Positions 9,211 through 18,094 of a stretch of 64,000 nt of DNA are shown here, piece by piece. Position 1 is the stretch's first letter. The number at the start of each line of letters is the position of its first letter. The translations under genes and the position numbers were made by a program. The stretch covers positions 5,113 through 69,112 of the forward strand of contig CAYJXA010000002.1 of assembly GCA_964373955.1 (NCBI GenBank). The letters are read 5' to 3'. Origin of the DNA: an uncultured Methanosarcinales archaeon. Lineage in GTDB: Archaea; Nanobdellota; Nanobdellia; Woesearchaeales; GW2011-AR9. The notes below the pieces were generated by a model. That model was not told where the DNA came from. It did no database searches and saw only the letters and a program-made list of their open reading frames with translations.

Positions 9211-9369
9211 ATGTTTCTAGTAAAAAAAAGAAGGTGATGTAAACTGAAGCAACACGTCTTTCAGGAAGTAAAGAAGTATAAAATCCAGAGGTGTTGTAAA
9301 GGTTGCGGTCAGCGTATCATTGTTGATAATGCTAATCGCTATTATTGCACCAAGTGCCGTGGATACTAA
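9211..9369 (+). pseudogene. small zinc-ribbon ORF interrupted by an in-frame TGA
   Basis: Own translation: MFLVKKRR*CKLKQHVFQEVKKYKIQRCCKGCGQRIIVDNANRYYCTKCRGY. The TGA is at 9235-9237 and no ATG/GTG/TTG follows it in frame. Confidence 0.3.
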
Positions 9370-9377
9370 TTCTTTTT

Positions 9378-9962
9378 TTATATTTTCTTTTTTGTAGATT
9401 CTGTTGTATTCTGTGATAACAGGGATTTTATCTCTTCTAGAAGTGGCCTGAACGTGGTATATCCTGCTTTGGCATTAAAATGCCCAGCCTTTTTGATTAC
9501 CATTAATTTTGCTCCTATTTTCTCAGCAATCTCCTCTGCTTTAGATAAAGGGATATAGGGGTCATTATCCGAATGAAAGACATAAACATTCTTGCAATTG
9601 CTTTTTATCCTCTCATAATCAAAATCTTTAACAAAAGTTCTCATCCCCTCTTTAAACTCATTTTCCGGGAGTGTGCAGAAACCGGCAACAAGAAAACTTG
9701 CTTTTGCTTTGCACTTTTCCAATAAAGAGAGAATAAATGGAACTCCTAAGCTGTGCCCTATGAAGATCGTATCTTGGTCAACTTTATAGTTAGAGAAAAC
9801 CTCCTGCCATTTCTCTAAGGTTTGGTTTTCGGGAGTAGGAAATTGCGGAACAACCACTTCGTGGCCTAGCTTTTCCAGCTCTTGTTTGAGCCAGGGAAAC
9901 CAATTCTCTCCCGGATGCCCGTATGCTCCATGAATAATAAACACGGTTCCCATATTAATCAT
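9378..9962 (-). CDS. alpha/beta serine hydrolase (YdeN/RBBP9-like)
   Basis: VFIIHGAYGHPGENWFPWL and the nucleophile elbow GHSLG. The size (194 aa) is typical of the family. Confidence 0.7.
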   Translation of the reverse strand: MINMGTVFIIHGAYGHPGENWFPWLKQELEKLGHEVVVPQFPTPENQTLEKWQEVFSNYKVDQDTIFIGHSLGVPFILSLLEKCKAKASFLVAGFCTLPENEFKEGMRTFVKDFDYERIKSNCKNVYVFHSDNDPYIPLSKAEEIAEKIGAKLMVIKKAGHFNAKAGYTTFRPLLEEIKSLLSQNTTESTKKKI

Positions 9963-9987
9963 AAAGAAAGAATGGTATTATAAAAAT

Positions 9988-10734
9988 CTACCCAAAAAGA
10001 TTTCGGAAAAATTGAACAATTTTTGCCCAGAATCCTACTTTCGGTTCAGTAGCTTGAGCTCCCGCTTCTCCAACGAGGGCTGGCTGTTGTTCATATGCTT
10101 CTATCGCTTTCTCTTCGGCTGTTGTTTCAGTTGGAGTTTCCTCCGCTTCTACGATCTCAGGAACAAGCTGTGGCGGAGTTCTTACCACGGTTGCTTTTCC
10201 AATGACATAATTCCCTAGTCCCCCTGCAGATGTGCTATAATAAATGTACCCTCTATCCGTGCTAGTGAGGGTAGTAGAAAGTTCGGTTCCCTCAAAATAC
10301 AACTTCACGTCTTCCGGTGCAAGCTTCACTCGGGTAAGATCTTCTTCTTTAATCTTTAGCGTGAAGGTTACTTCCCCTACACTTTCAGGATGATCTGATT
10401 TCACGGAAAATTTAGAATACGCCACACCATCAAAAGGAATGCTTCCATCCCAGGCGATGGTAATCCTATCTTGTTTTATAACTCCCTTTGCTTCAATGGT
10501 AACTGTTTTAATACCGGGAACATCTCCCCGGGTTTCATACGAAACTTGTTTTCCTTCTTGGACAAAAGAAATGGGGAGTACGATGGCATACCCTGTTACT
10601 TTTGAATCTAATGATGAAAAAATAGCTACAGCTGAAAGTAAGAATACGATCGCTAAGCCTATCCAAAATTCTTTATGCTTTAGACCAGTCTCTTTTTTGG
10701 CTAATGGAGTAGAACCTCTTTTTCTCTTGCCCAT
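9988..10734 (-). CDS. membrane-anchored extracellular protein, hypothetical
   Basis: ORF track 9988..10854. The likely start is the internal MGKRKRGSTP..., which is followed by a TM helix (WIGLAIVFLLSAVAIFSS). Confidence 0.5.
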   Translation of the reverse strand: MGKRKRGSTPLAKKETGLKHKEFWIGLAIVFLLSAVAIFSSLDSKVTGYAIVLPISFVQEGKQVSYETRGDVPGIKTVTIEAKGVIKQDRITIAWDGSIPFDGVAYSKFSVKSDHPESVGEVTFTLKIKEEDLTRVKLAPEDVKLYFEGTELSTTLTSTDRGYIYYSTSAGGLGNYVIGKATVVRTPPQLVPEIVEAEETPTETTAEEKAIEAYEQQPALVGEAGAQATEPKVGFWAKIVQFFRNLFG

Positions 10735-10829
10735 TCTTAAAATTAAATGGTTAAAGTATATAAAGTTAACTGGGGTGATAGTGTAGTCTCCTGAGAGATT
10801 ATCAAATAAAAAGAAATAAAATAAAAAGA

Positions 10830-11180
10830 TTACAGTTGCCCCACTAATTGCCATAAATTACGCCTTAAAGCAGATGTAGAACTTGGGATCTCTCCAGTAA
10901 CTTGCGCAAGAACTCGATATCTCCGATGCTCTTCATCAATTGCCGCAAGATAAGATTCTCCCTGCATTGGCGGATCCCAGGGAGATTTTACAAAGCCATA
11001 TCTTCTAGGTCTCTCGAGTGCTTCCGAGTGAATATGTATAATCCCGAGTCGATAATATCCCGGTGCTAGATCGCTCAGTCTAGAGAGCATAGGAACATCT
11101 GCTAGAATTTGCGGTATGCAACCAGATCGGGCGACTCCATCGTAAAGATCGGTCGGTTGAGCGACGGTCACAAGGTCCAT
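10830..11180 (-). CDS. hypothetical protein
   Basis: ORF track 10830..11249. ATG 11180 (MDLVTVAQ...) lies 1 nt after the stop of the upstream wHTH gene. No motif recognised. Confidence 0.45.
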   Translation of the reverse strand: MDLVTVAQPTDLYDGVARSGCIPQILADVPMLSRLSDLAPGYYRLGIIHIHSEALERPRRYGFVKSPWDPPMQGESYLAAIDEEHRRYRVLAQVTGEIPSSTSALRRNLWQLVGQL

Positions 11181-11181
11181 T

Positions 11182-11421
11182 TTATCTCTTATTGTTGATG
11201 TCATTTTTGTTTTCCTCCGGGTTGTATTTTTGATAAAGGAGCTTTCCAATAGAACTGATCTCTAAGGGATTCCCTTTTGGATTATTCTTGAGAATTCCAA
11301 TTCGCTTTAGTTGCCTAATGTTGTTCCATAACGTACTGTGAGAACAGTGCAGATTGATGCTCAACTTGTTAACGAGGCGAGTAACTATTATTTCTTCTCT
11401 ATTATCCGCAATGTAATCCAA
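11182..11421 (-). CDS. winged-helix transcriptional regulator (small)
   Basis: SINLHCSHSTLWNNIRQLKRIGIL is HTH-like. The TTG start is uncertain because the frame stays open upstream (..LTLKQKQILDYI) without a canonical start codon. Confidence 0.5.
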   Translation of the reverse strand: MDYIADNREEIIVTRLVNKLSINLHCSHSTLWNNIRQLKRIGILKNNPKGNPLEISSIGKLLYQKYNPEENKNDINNKR

Positions 11422-11627
11422 AATTTGCTTTTGCTTAAGAGTAAGTCTTTCCTTACAGAACGATTCTAGAACTAGAAGTAAGTCTTGGTTGCTGATCGAA
11501 AAGATATTCAGCGACGTTCATCGCCTTAGCCTCGGTAGCGGATATCATTTTTATGATGTTACTGGTAGGTAATAGCTACTTCTATATAAACTTTTCCTGC
11601 AAGAAAAGTTGGAGTTGCTCTTTTTCC

Positions 11628-11987
11628 CTATTTCCCTATCCTTCCTTCCCAGAGGCAGAACTCTCTTATTTTGCTCCTATACAAAAACACGATTATCATA
11701 AAAAAGACTGTTCCCAGAAGCGATAGTGCGGAATAATTCTCGGCATGAGTCTTTCCATTCATAAGAATAAATGTTAATTCATCCACTACTAAGGCTAAGC
11801 CCACTGCCAAGAGGGGGATTTTCCTGATCGCGAAGGCAATACTAAGTAATACTATCCCATACATCCAATGATGCAGACGAAATCCAGCGATGGTGGGACT
11901 GGAAGTGGGGTAGAAGAACAGAATAAATCTCACCAGGAGTATGGTTCCCAGAAAGATAAGAAAAAAGCGATCTTCTGATTTCGTCAT
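11628..11987 (-). CDS. small integral membrane protein (about 4 TM)
   Basis: ORF track; hydrophobic helices throughout. Confidence 0.5.
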   Translation of the reverse strand: MTKSEDRFFLIFLGTILLVRFILFFYPTSSPTIAGFRLHHWMYGIVLLSIAFAIRKIPLLAVGLALVVDELTFILMNGKTHAENYSALSLLGTVFFMIIVFLYRSKIREFCLWEGRIGK

Positions 11988-12024
11988 TAAAGTCTTCTGT
12001 CCTCTTTTATCATTAGGATAAATG

Positions 12025-12158
12025 TGGAGCCAGTGGGATTTGAACCCACGACGTCATGGTATCTTCGTCAACAAAATTTGTCAACACTTCAGCCATGTGT
12101 TCTTTCCTGCCTGCAGGAAACTGAGTTTTCTGCATGTCCCAGTCTGAACTATGGCTCC
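12025..12158 (-). tRNA. tRNA-Phe(GAA) with two apparent introns (D-loop, 37/38)
   Basis: Hand fold of the reverse complement gives GGAGCCA UA GUUC AGACUGGGA [34 nt, 12136-12103] GAAC A CAUGG CUGAAG [26 nt, 12086-12061] A CCAUG ACGUC GUGGG UUCAAAU CCCAC UGGCUCC A. A TATA-like ATATTTATAAAG lies about 30 nt upstream. Confidence 0.75.
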
Positions 12159-12217
12159 AATATTCAGAATCGACCATCTCTTTATAAATATTATTGGGAA
12201 GGAAACAGTGTAGCTGA

Positions 12218-14407
12218 TTACCCTCCTCCCAATGTCCCTCTCATAATCGTCGCAGCAAATAAATTAAAAAGTATCATGACTGCCCCCGCTAAAAAACAAT
12301 ACAACAAGGTAGAGTTAATAAGATTCTTTCCTAACTCATACCGCTCCCCTAATTTATCTGATCCATTCTCAATGCCGCTCGCTAAAACCGTCAGAATAAA
12401 AGAAATTTGAATTATATATAATCCTACCACGACCTGAAAATGAAAAGTAGGAATCCCAATCCCAAATATGTCCAGCAGATCCGCAAATCCCCCCACCTGC
12501 TCTCCTTGGGATGCAAATTGCCCCAGCTGCGCGCTTAATCTCGTTAAGATCGTGGAAATCATGGAGGTAATCCCAATGACAATTCCGGCAATCGCTGGCG
12601 TTAAGAATTTAATCTGCGCATTCATGGAAGAAATGACGTCCGCCATCAAATCTTTCAACCGTTCCTCCACTCGGTGTATTTCTTTAATATAACGAGACAT
12701 TGAGAGGAGCGCTTGTGCCGCTATCCGGGGACCTTTCTTGATGCTCTCAGCCAATACTTTCATTGATGATTCAATGACTTTACTGGGGAAGCTGGCAATG
12801 GCTCCCACCTTTGGATCAAAGAGCGCCTGCTCTAAGCCCATTCCTAATTTGGTGATGTTCTTCTCTGCAACGGTAAAAAATTCTCCCGACGTAGTGCCCT
12901 GCATGGTTTCCGCCACTTTGGCAAAGGCAATTTCCGCTGGTAAACCATCCCCTAATCTATTTCCCAATTGAAATAAAGCTGAGGAAAACTCGTCCTCTAA
13001 CTCTTTTGTTTTTTCTCTAATCTTGATAACATTCTGTGAACGAAGTTTGTAGTACAATCCTATCGCTAATCCTATCCCGGCAATGAGCACGATGGATAAT
13101 ATTCCTGCTCCCATCCCATACGGCCCTATCTTTTCTAAAGGTTCGCAGATCGGTTTAGTGGGTGGGCACACATAATCCATCAGTTTGAACGTTTCACCCT
13201 GTATCTCAAAGGCGGGATTAACGGCATGAATCAATAACGGACTGAACCCAATAATCAAACTAACTATCAATACCATCGCACAGAAATAGAGCGGATTAAC
13301 GCTGATGGTAACATTTTTTCCAAGTGGGATGTTAACGTTTCGGAATTTCCGCACTCCTGGCTGTTCTCCGATGTCTACCGCCCCATAACCAGCAGGACGT
13401 TTCGAAAGAATGGTTCTGCCTAAATAATAAACACCGATGGGCAAACTAACATTATAGAGCATGGCAATGTAAATAGCAGTTGTAAAAGGACTGGTTCCGC
13501 TCCCTAAAAAGCTAACCACCAAAGGAAGAATGACTAAGCCAAGGATGGGAAGGATAATACCGAGCATATGCAGCATGGTAATGGGAGATTTTAATTGCTG
13601 GGCGTAATGAAGCATGTTTTCATAGGTTCCATTTAAGATAACATCTAAGGCTTTATCCAATAAACTCAAGCGGCGCTCTTCTGACGCTTCAAACAAGGAA
13701 GATTCTATCAGATGAAACGATTCGACAAATTCATGATCCCACTCTTTCCACGTTGCTAAGTATGCTTCCGCTGATTCTTTAATAGTACTATATCGTTCTG
13801 TTTCCACGTCCCATAAAATTTTTCTAAAATCCAATGATAATGGCGGGTCAAGATGATCAGCGGCAAATTCAATTGCCCGTTCTAAGTTAGAGGTATGCCG
13901 CATGTACGTTACCATGTAGAAGACACTCTGCACCATCTGGTTGCTGGCTTTCATCCTCCAAGTGTTGGCCATGAAGTCAGGAACTTTCTGCAGAGCAGGA
14001 ATCAGGATCATTCCCGCAATGGTAAAGAAAATCACAAAAAAGAACATTGGTTCCAGTCCAAATAATACGGGCAGGGCAAACGTGGTGAGGGAACCAATGA
14101 CTATAACCAGAAGGGCTGCCAGAATGGCAAAAGAGGTAACTCCCGAGGGAGTTATATTGAGATGGCAGATATCCAAATTTTTCTGAACTTGGACTGCTTT
14201 CTTTGGATCTGCTTTCAGTTTCAGAATTTGTTCAGAAAGATTGCATGCTTTTTCGTACCAGGAATAACGGGCAGGGTATAATTCTTGTTTAAATTCAAGA
14301 TATTCTTTAGAGCTAACCTTGGGGCTGCTGCTGGGTTTATCTCCAAATTCCTCTTTTACTTTTGCCTTATACTTCTCGAGAATTTTCTGGTATTCGTCCT
14401 GATTCAT
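12218..14407 (-). CDS. large polytopic membrane protein, possible FlaJ/TadC-like (T2SS-F) platform protein
   Basis: 729 aa ORF with many TM helices. Two cytoplasmic helical regions (e.g. ALFQLGNRLGDGLPAEIAFAKVAE...GMGLEQALFD) resemble T2SSF repeats. The functional call is tentative. Confidence 0.45.
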   Translation of the reverse strand: MNQDEYQKILEKYKAKVKEEFGDKPSSSPKVSSKEYLEFKQELYPARYSWYEKACNLSEQILKLKADPKKAVQVQKNLDICHLNITPSGVTSFAILAALLVIVIGSLTTFALPVLFGLEPMFFFVIFFTIAGMILIPALQKVPDFMANTWRMKASNQMVQSVFYMVTYMRHTSNLERAIEFAADHLDPPLSLDFRKILWDVETERYSTIKESAEAYLATWKEWDHEFVESFHLIESSLFEASEERRLSLLDKALDVILNGTYENMLHYAQQLKSPITMLHMLGIILPILGLVILPLVVSFLGSGTSPFTTAIYIAMLYNVSLPIGVYYLGRTILSKRPAGYGAVDIGEQPGVRKFRNVNIPLGKNVTISVNPLYFCAMVLIVSLIIGFSPLLIHAVNPAFEIQGETFKLMDYVCPPTKPICEPLEKIGPYGMGAGILSIVLIAGIGLAIGLYYKLRSQNVIKIREKTKELEDEFSSALFQLGNRLGDGLPAEIAFAKVAETMQGTTSGEFFTVAEKNITKLGMGLEQALFDPKVGAIASFPSKVIESSMKVLAESIKKGPRIAAQALLSMSRYIKEIHRVEERLKDLMADVISSMNAQIKFLTPAIAGIVIGITSMISTILTRLSAQLGQFASQGEQVGGFADLLDIFGIGIPTFHFQVVVGLYIIQISFILTVLASGIENGSDKLGERYELGKNLINSTLLYCFLAGAVMILFNLFAATIMRGTLGGG

Positions 14408-14503
14408 CTATGCACCTGCTTTTGCTGTGAAAGAGCAAGTACGTTTAAAAAGATTACCTGCTCATTTGGAATTCTGTTTCCTTTTATTTCTGCTATCTTT
14501 TTA

Positions 14504-15112
14504 TCATCTAACATGGCGTTCACCCAATAGCTTGTAATATAATTCTCCTCCAAATATAATAATATGCTTTGATAGTGCCTCATTAATGATGTTCATCTCG
14601 TCACGCTTGGCTATCATTTCTTTAAAACTGGCCTGGCTAATTATGTTTAGGTGGCATTTGTGTAAGGATAGAGATAATATTGAATTTAATTCTCGTTGAA
14701 ATGCGTTATCTTTATCTTCTTGAGGAAGAATTGCCAGGATATCCACATCCGAGTCTTTGCGGGGATTACCTTCTGCATAAGACCCAAAGATCAATAATAC
14801 AAAAAAAGAATATCTTGTTCTCTTGAGAAAATCGGCAGCAGCTATTTTGATAGCCTGATGCTTCTGAAAAAATTTTTCTTTGCGGATATTTTCAACATAG
14901 GCCAAATCTTGGATATGGGCAGGGTAATTCAAGTGCAGATGGTGATGTTCATCCTCCCGTAAAAATCCTTGTTGGTGTAACGATTTAATCGAAGTATGAA
15001 CTATTTTAAGGTCTTTTTTGAGCAATCGGGAAATTTCCCTGATGGTAAACTTTCTAATTGGTTTGGAAACGAGGAGTTCCAGGATAAGGATTTCTGTTTT
15101 AGTGAATAACAT
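14504..15112 (-). CDS. wHTH + nucleotidyltransferase (pol-beta superfamily) protein
   Basis: LLIFGSYAEGNPRKDSDVDILAI is the GSx(n)DxD minimal nucleotidyltransferase motif. The N-terminus is wHTH-like. Confidence 0.65.
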   Translation of the reverse strand: MLFTKTEILILELLVSKPIRKFTIREISRLLKKDLKIVHTSIKSLHQQGFLREDEHHHLHLNYPAHIQDLAYVENIRKEKFFQKHQAIKIAAADFLKRTRYSFFVLLIFGSYAEGNPRKDSDVDILAILPQEDKDNAFQRELNSILSLSLHKCHLNIISQASFKEMIAKRDEMNIINEALSKHIIIFGGELYYKLLGERHVR

Positions 15113-15226
15113 GTTGTATCTTAATACTACTTTTGTTGTATTTTATTACAACTATTTAAATCTTTCCTAGCTTCCTTATTGCAGTTTGGCGTGGCAAATG
15201 ACGGATTGATGATAAAGAAAGTGTAG

Positions 15227-15955
15227 TCACTTCGCCAATTTCCACATTTCTAAAAAGAATTGTGTGTATTGATTGGCGATCTGGGTGGAGATTATTTCAA
15301 CAGCAGTGGGACGCTCACCCCAGACAAAATTGATCACTCTATCATTGATAATTACTAAACCCGGGGGGAAATTGTGCTTTGTAAATCGTAATTTTATATT
15401 CTTAATATCCCCATAATTTTTCAGCATATTTCTCTTCACATCCACATGTCCAATTATTCTGTCATCCACTCCCTTTTGATTAAGTTTAACATGGACATCT
15501 CGCAAAAAGCGCGAGGCTAAAGCCAAATCTTTATACTCCCTGCGAAAAGCAAAAACATAATAATAGTTGTCCTGATTCAAATTTTCCGTAAGCGAATTAT
15601 AAAGTCCCTTGACTGCTTTATATCCCTCGTACACTTTGGCCACCTGTCTTTCTTGTGAAAATATTCTGCGCTGCTGCAGTTCACCCAAAATATCCCTCAG
15701 GGCTTTTTCTTTTTCTTTAAGGAGATTCAGTATTTCCTGTGGATCCTGAGCTTGGAAATGTTTTATTTTTGATTTTAAAACAAAAGTAACTAATCCTTTA
15801 TCAATCAGCTTTTCTAGGGTTTCGTATATCTTTGCCGGCTGAAGCCTGGTCTTTGCGGCAAGTGGACCTATTTTTGTTTCTCCCAAATCTATGAGCGCTA
15901 AATATACTTTCGTTTCACGTTCGGTAAACCCCAGTTCTCTGAAAACCTTTTCCAT
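15227..15955 (-). CDS. trmB: TrmB family transcriptional regulator
   Basis: The N-terminus LGFTERETKVYLALIDLGETKIGPLAAKTRLQPAKIYETLEKLIDKGLV is the TrmB wHTH signature. Confidence 0.8.
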   Translation of the reverse strand: MEKVFRELGFTERETKVYLALIDLGETKIGPLAAKTRLQPAKIYETLEKLIDKGLVTFVLKSKIKHFQAQDPQEILNLLKEKEKALRDILGELQQRRIFSQERQVAKVYEGYKAVKGLYNSLTENLNQDNYYYVFAFRREYKDLALASRFLRDVHVKLNQKGVDDRIIGHVDVKRNMLKNYGDIKNIKLRFTKHNFPPGLVIINDRVINFVWGERPTAVEIISTQIANQYTQFFLEMWKLAK

Positions 15956-16064
15956 ATATTAAAATAAAAAATACCCCTCTATTTAAATATTTCTAACTAG
16001 TACCTCCAAAGGGGGTAAATAACTATTATATAAGATCGCTCCACTCCAGAGAGAGGTTCGGGGT

Positions 16065-16706
16065 GTGGAGGAACATACAATGATACCTGTATTTGCGTTT
16101 GATGCCTATAAAACAATTGTTGATTGTCCTAGCTGGGATCGATTAAAACAAGAAGATCCTGAGGTAAGAGAATTGTTTGAACAATTTCAATCTGACCGGG
16201 CTACTTGGAGCCGGCCTTTTATGGCGAAAATGGATGAATATATTGCACAAGGTAAAGTAGGCGGTGTCGAGGTGCCAGGAACAGTGGATGCACTGGAACA
16301 ACTTGCTGCTGCTGGTTCTTTGGCAGTTTATTCTACTGCAACTGAAAAGTCTCTTCCAATCCTTTTGGAGACCGCAGGATTAGGGCATCTTTTTAGGGAT
16401 CATCGTTTAGTTATTCCGGTTGAGCGACTGGATAATATTCCTAAAACCTCACCCGTGGGTTTTCAAAAGCTCGATGCCTACCTAAAACACCTTGGCTTTA
16501 AGCTGCAGGCCTATGTTGATGATGAATTAGCGGTCATTAGTGCAGGATTGCAAGCAGGAATCTCATTTCCTGAAGATGCTCTGTCGGGATTTTATCATCT
16601 TGATAGAAATGCTGATTTGCAAACGCGAGAATCAGGGAAAGAATACACTCGCATTAGTAAACTGGGTCACATGATTGCAAAATCACGGAATTTTCCACCG
16701 GTTTAG
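16065..16706 (+). CDS. hypothetical, weakly HAD-like hydrolase
   Basis: ORF track. VFAFDAYKTIVD is only a degenerate HAD motif I. The last 20 nt or so overlap the 5' strand of the structured RNA element. Confidence 0.4.
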   Translation: MEEHTMIPVFAFDAYKTIVDCPSWDRLKQEDPEVRELFEQFQSDRATWSRPFMAKMDEYIAQGKVGGVEVPGTVDALEQLAAAGSLAVYSTATEKSLPILLETAGLGHLFRDHRLVIPVERLDNIPKTSPVGFQKLDAYLKHLGFKLQAYVDDELAVISAGLQAGISFPEDALSGFYHLDRNADLQTRESGKEYTRISKLGHMIAKSRNFPPV

Positions 16707-16922
16707 TCAGGTCACTACGTTCGTGACGTTCCTTCGGAACGAACCGGTGGCGTAAGGCTTCGCTCACTCACCGGTTGCGGAGGAAAATTCCGGGACAAGA
16801 AGGGCACTGCCCTTCTGTCCAGAAGGACCCGGTCCTTCTTGGACTCAAAAGGAAATAGCCCTGGGCGAAGCGAGTATCCCGCCGGTCTTTGACTGGTGGT
16901 AGACGATTTCCTTTTTGAGGAG
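16687..16922 (+). ncRNA. GC-rich highly structured RNA element or leader of unknown class
   Basis: Dense nested helices in an AT-rich context. Hairpins at 16711-16727, 16727-16741 (UUCG-type), 16794-16819, 16820-16842 and 16882-16896. A 13-bp long-range helix pairs 16844-16856 with 16906-16919. A 7-bp loop-loop complement pairs GCUUCGC 16757-16763 with GCGAAGC 16865-16871. CCGGUGG 16744-16750 can pair with either 16695-16701 or 16769-16774. Confidence 0.5.
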
Positions 16923-16929
16923 TGAAATT

Positions 16930-17991
16930 ATGAATGAGATCCCCCCCTTGGATAAAGATTGGGTGCATTATCTCACCAGGCCATTTTCGTTACTCGGTGC
17001 TTCCATTTGGCATTCATGGTATGCCTCGGCAGAATTTAAAAATTTATTCTCCCTTCCTGAACCAGATGCCCTAATGGTGGAAGAACCGCGAGGGATAGTT
17101 CGGCATTATCGCTCCAAGACGCAGCTTGATCACTATTGGGAAGCGGGAAGAAAATTGGTTCTCCAAAATCCAGACTATTGTGCGGGGCTACTTTTGGAAG
17201 GGATACGGTTAAATGCTCGAGCAGAACTCTATCTTTCAGGGAAGGACAATTTTCCAAGCTTTCCTGCTGCTATTGATTTCCTCAAAGTGTTATTTATTAA
17301 AGCAACGCTTCTACCCTACCTTGTTTTGAAAGTATTAGACGAATCTGGAAACGTAAATGATAAAGAACTGGATTTCCTCTCCAAAAAACTACGATCAAGT
17401 TCATATTATCACGCATTTATTGACCAGGTCATTGTCCCTTTCAGTATTGAGGGAATATCACCACAAAACCTGCCTAATTCCGCGGAAGTAGTGTCTATGC
17501 TTACACTATCAGAAATTTTTTCTCAACAATGGGATAAGGTTGAAGAGAGGATACATCAGCAAAAAGAAGGAAAGCACTTTATCTACCAAGTTATAAACGG
17601 TAAAGAAAAAGTAGATTGGACGGCTAATGTGGCGAGCATTACTTCCAGCATAGAAAAGGAAAACTTCTGCAATGAAATTAATGGTCAAATAGCCTATCCA
17701 GGCATAGTCAAAGGAATAGCTCGGGTAGTTCTCTCCCTGAACTCATCAAGAATATTTAATCCAGGAGACATTCTCGTTACTATCAATTCCAATCCAGATT
17801 TGCTTCCCATCATCAAAAAAGCATCCGCCATCGTAACCGACGAAGGCGGCATAACGTGTCATGCGGCCATCATCTCAAGAGAACTTAAAATACCCTGTAT
17901 CATTGGCACGAAAAATGCTACCAAAGTATTGAAAGATGGAATGATGGTTGAGATTGACGCTGAACAAGGAGTAGTTAGAATAATTTCTTAA
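16930..17991 (+). CDS. PEP-utilising enzyme mobile (swivelling phosphohistidine) domain protein
   Basis: The C-terminus GDILVTINSNPDLLPIIKKASAIVTDEGGITCHAAIISRELKIPCIIG matches the PEP-utilizer mobile domain with a catalytic His. ATG 16930 is preceded by GAGGAG. Confidence 0.7.
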   Translation: MNEIPPLDKDWVHYLTRPFSLLGASIWHSWYASAEFKNLFSLPEPDALMVEEPRGIVRHYRSKTQLDHYWEAGRKLVLQNPDYCAGLLLEGIRLNARAELYLSGKDNFPSFPAAIDFLKVLFIKATLLPYLVLKVLDESGNVNDKELDFLSKKLRSSSYYHAFIDQVIVPFSIEGISPQNLPNSAEVVSMLTLSEIFSQQWDKVEERIHQQKEGKHFIYQVINGKEKVDWTANVASITSSIEKENFCNEINGQIAYPGIVKGIARVVLSLNSSRIFNPGDILVTINSNPDLLPIIKKASAIVTDEGGITCHAAIISRELKIPCIIGTKNATKVLKDGMMVEIDAEQGVVRIIS

Positions 17992-18094
17992 ATATTTACG
18001 CTGGCTGGGCATATCACAATAATTCCGTGATTACTGCAGGCATGCTCACCAAGAACAAGTAATTTTTTAAATCCTTATCGTTTGTGTAACAGTT

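Noticed and set aside
12024-12410. ORF-track protein of 128 aa on the plus strand
   Set aside because: Its 5' part is the antisense of tRNA-Phe and its 3' part overlaps the well-supported 729-aa membrane-protein gene on the opposite strand.
16780-16842. RNase P RNA, suggested by GGAGGAAAAUUCCGGG (similar to CR-I GAGGAAAGUCCGGG) and a downstream CAGAA..CCCGG..CUU similar to CR-V
   Set aside because: The would-be P4 strands are separated by a single hairpin. The CR-V-like stretch forms a strong local hairpin instead. The CR-I-like strand has a perfect partner upstream rather than downstream, and no P1/P2 closure of the 5' and 3' ends can be drawn. It is kept only as an unclassified structured RNA; a covariance-model scan should still be run.
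16768-16968. ORF-track protein of 66 aa on the minus strand
   Set aside because: It lies entirely inside the structured GC-rich RNA element, so the open frame is probably a by-product of the GC-rich helices.
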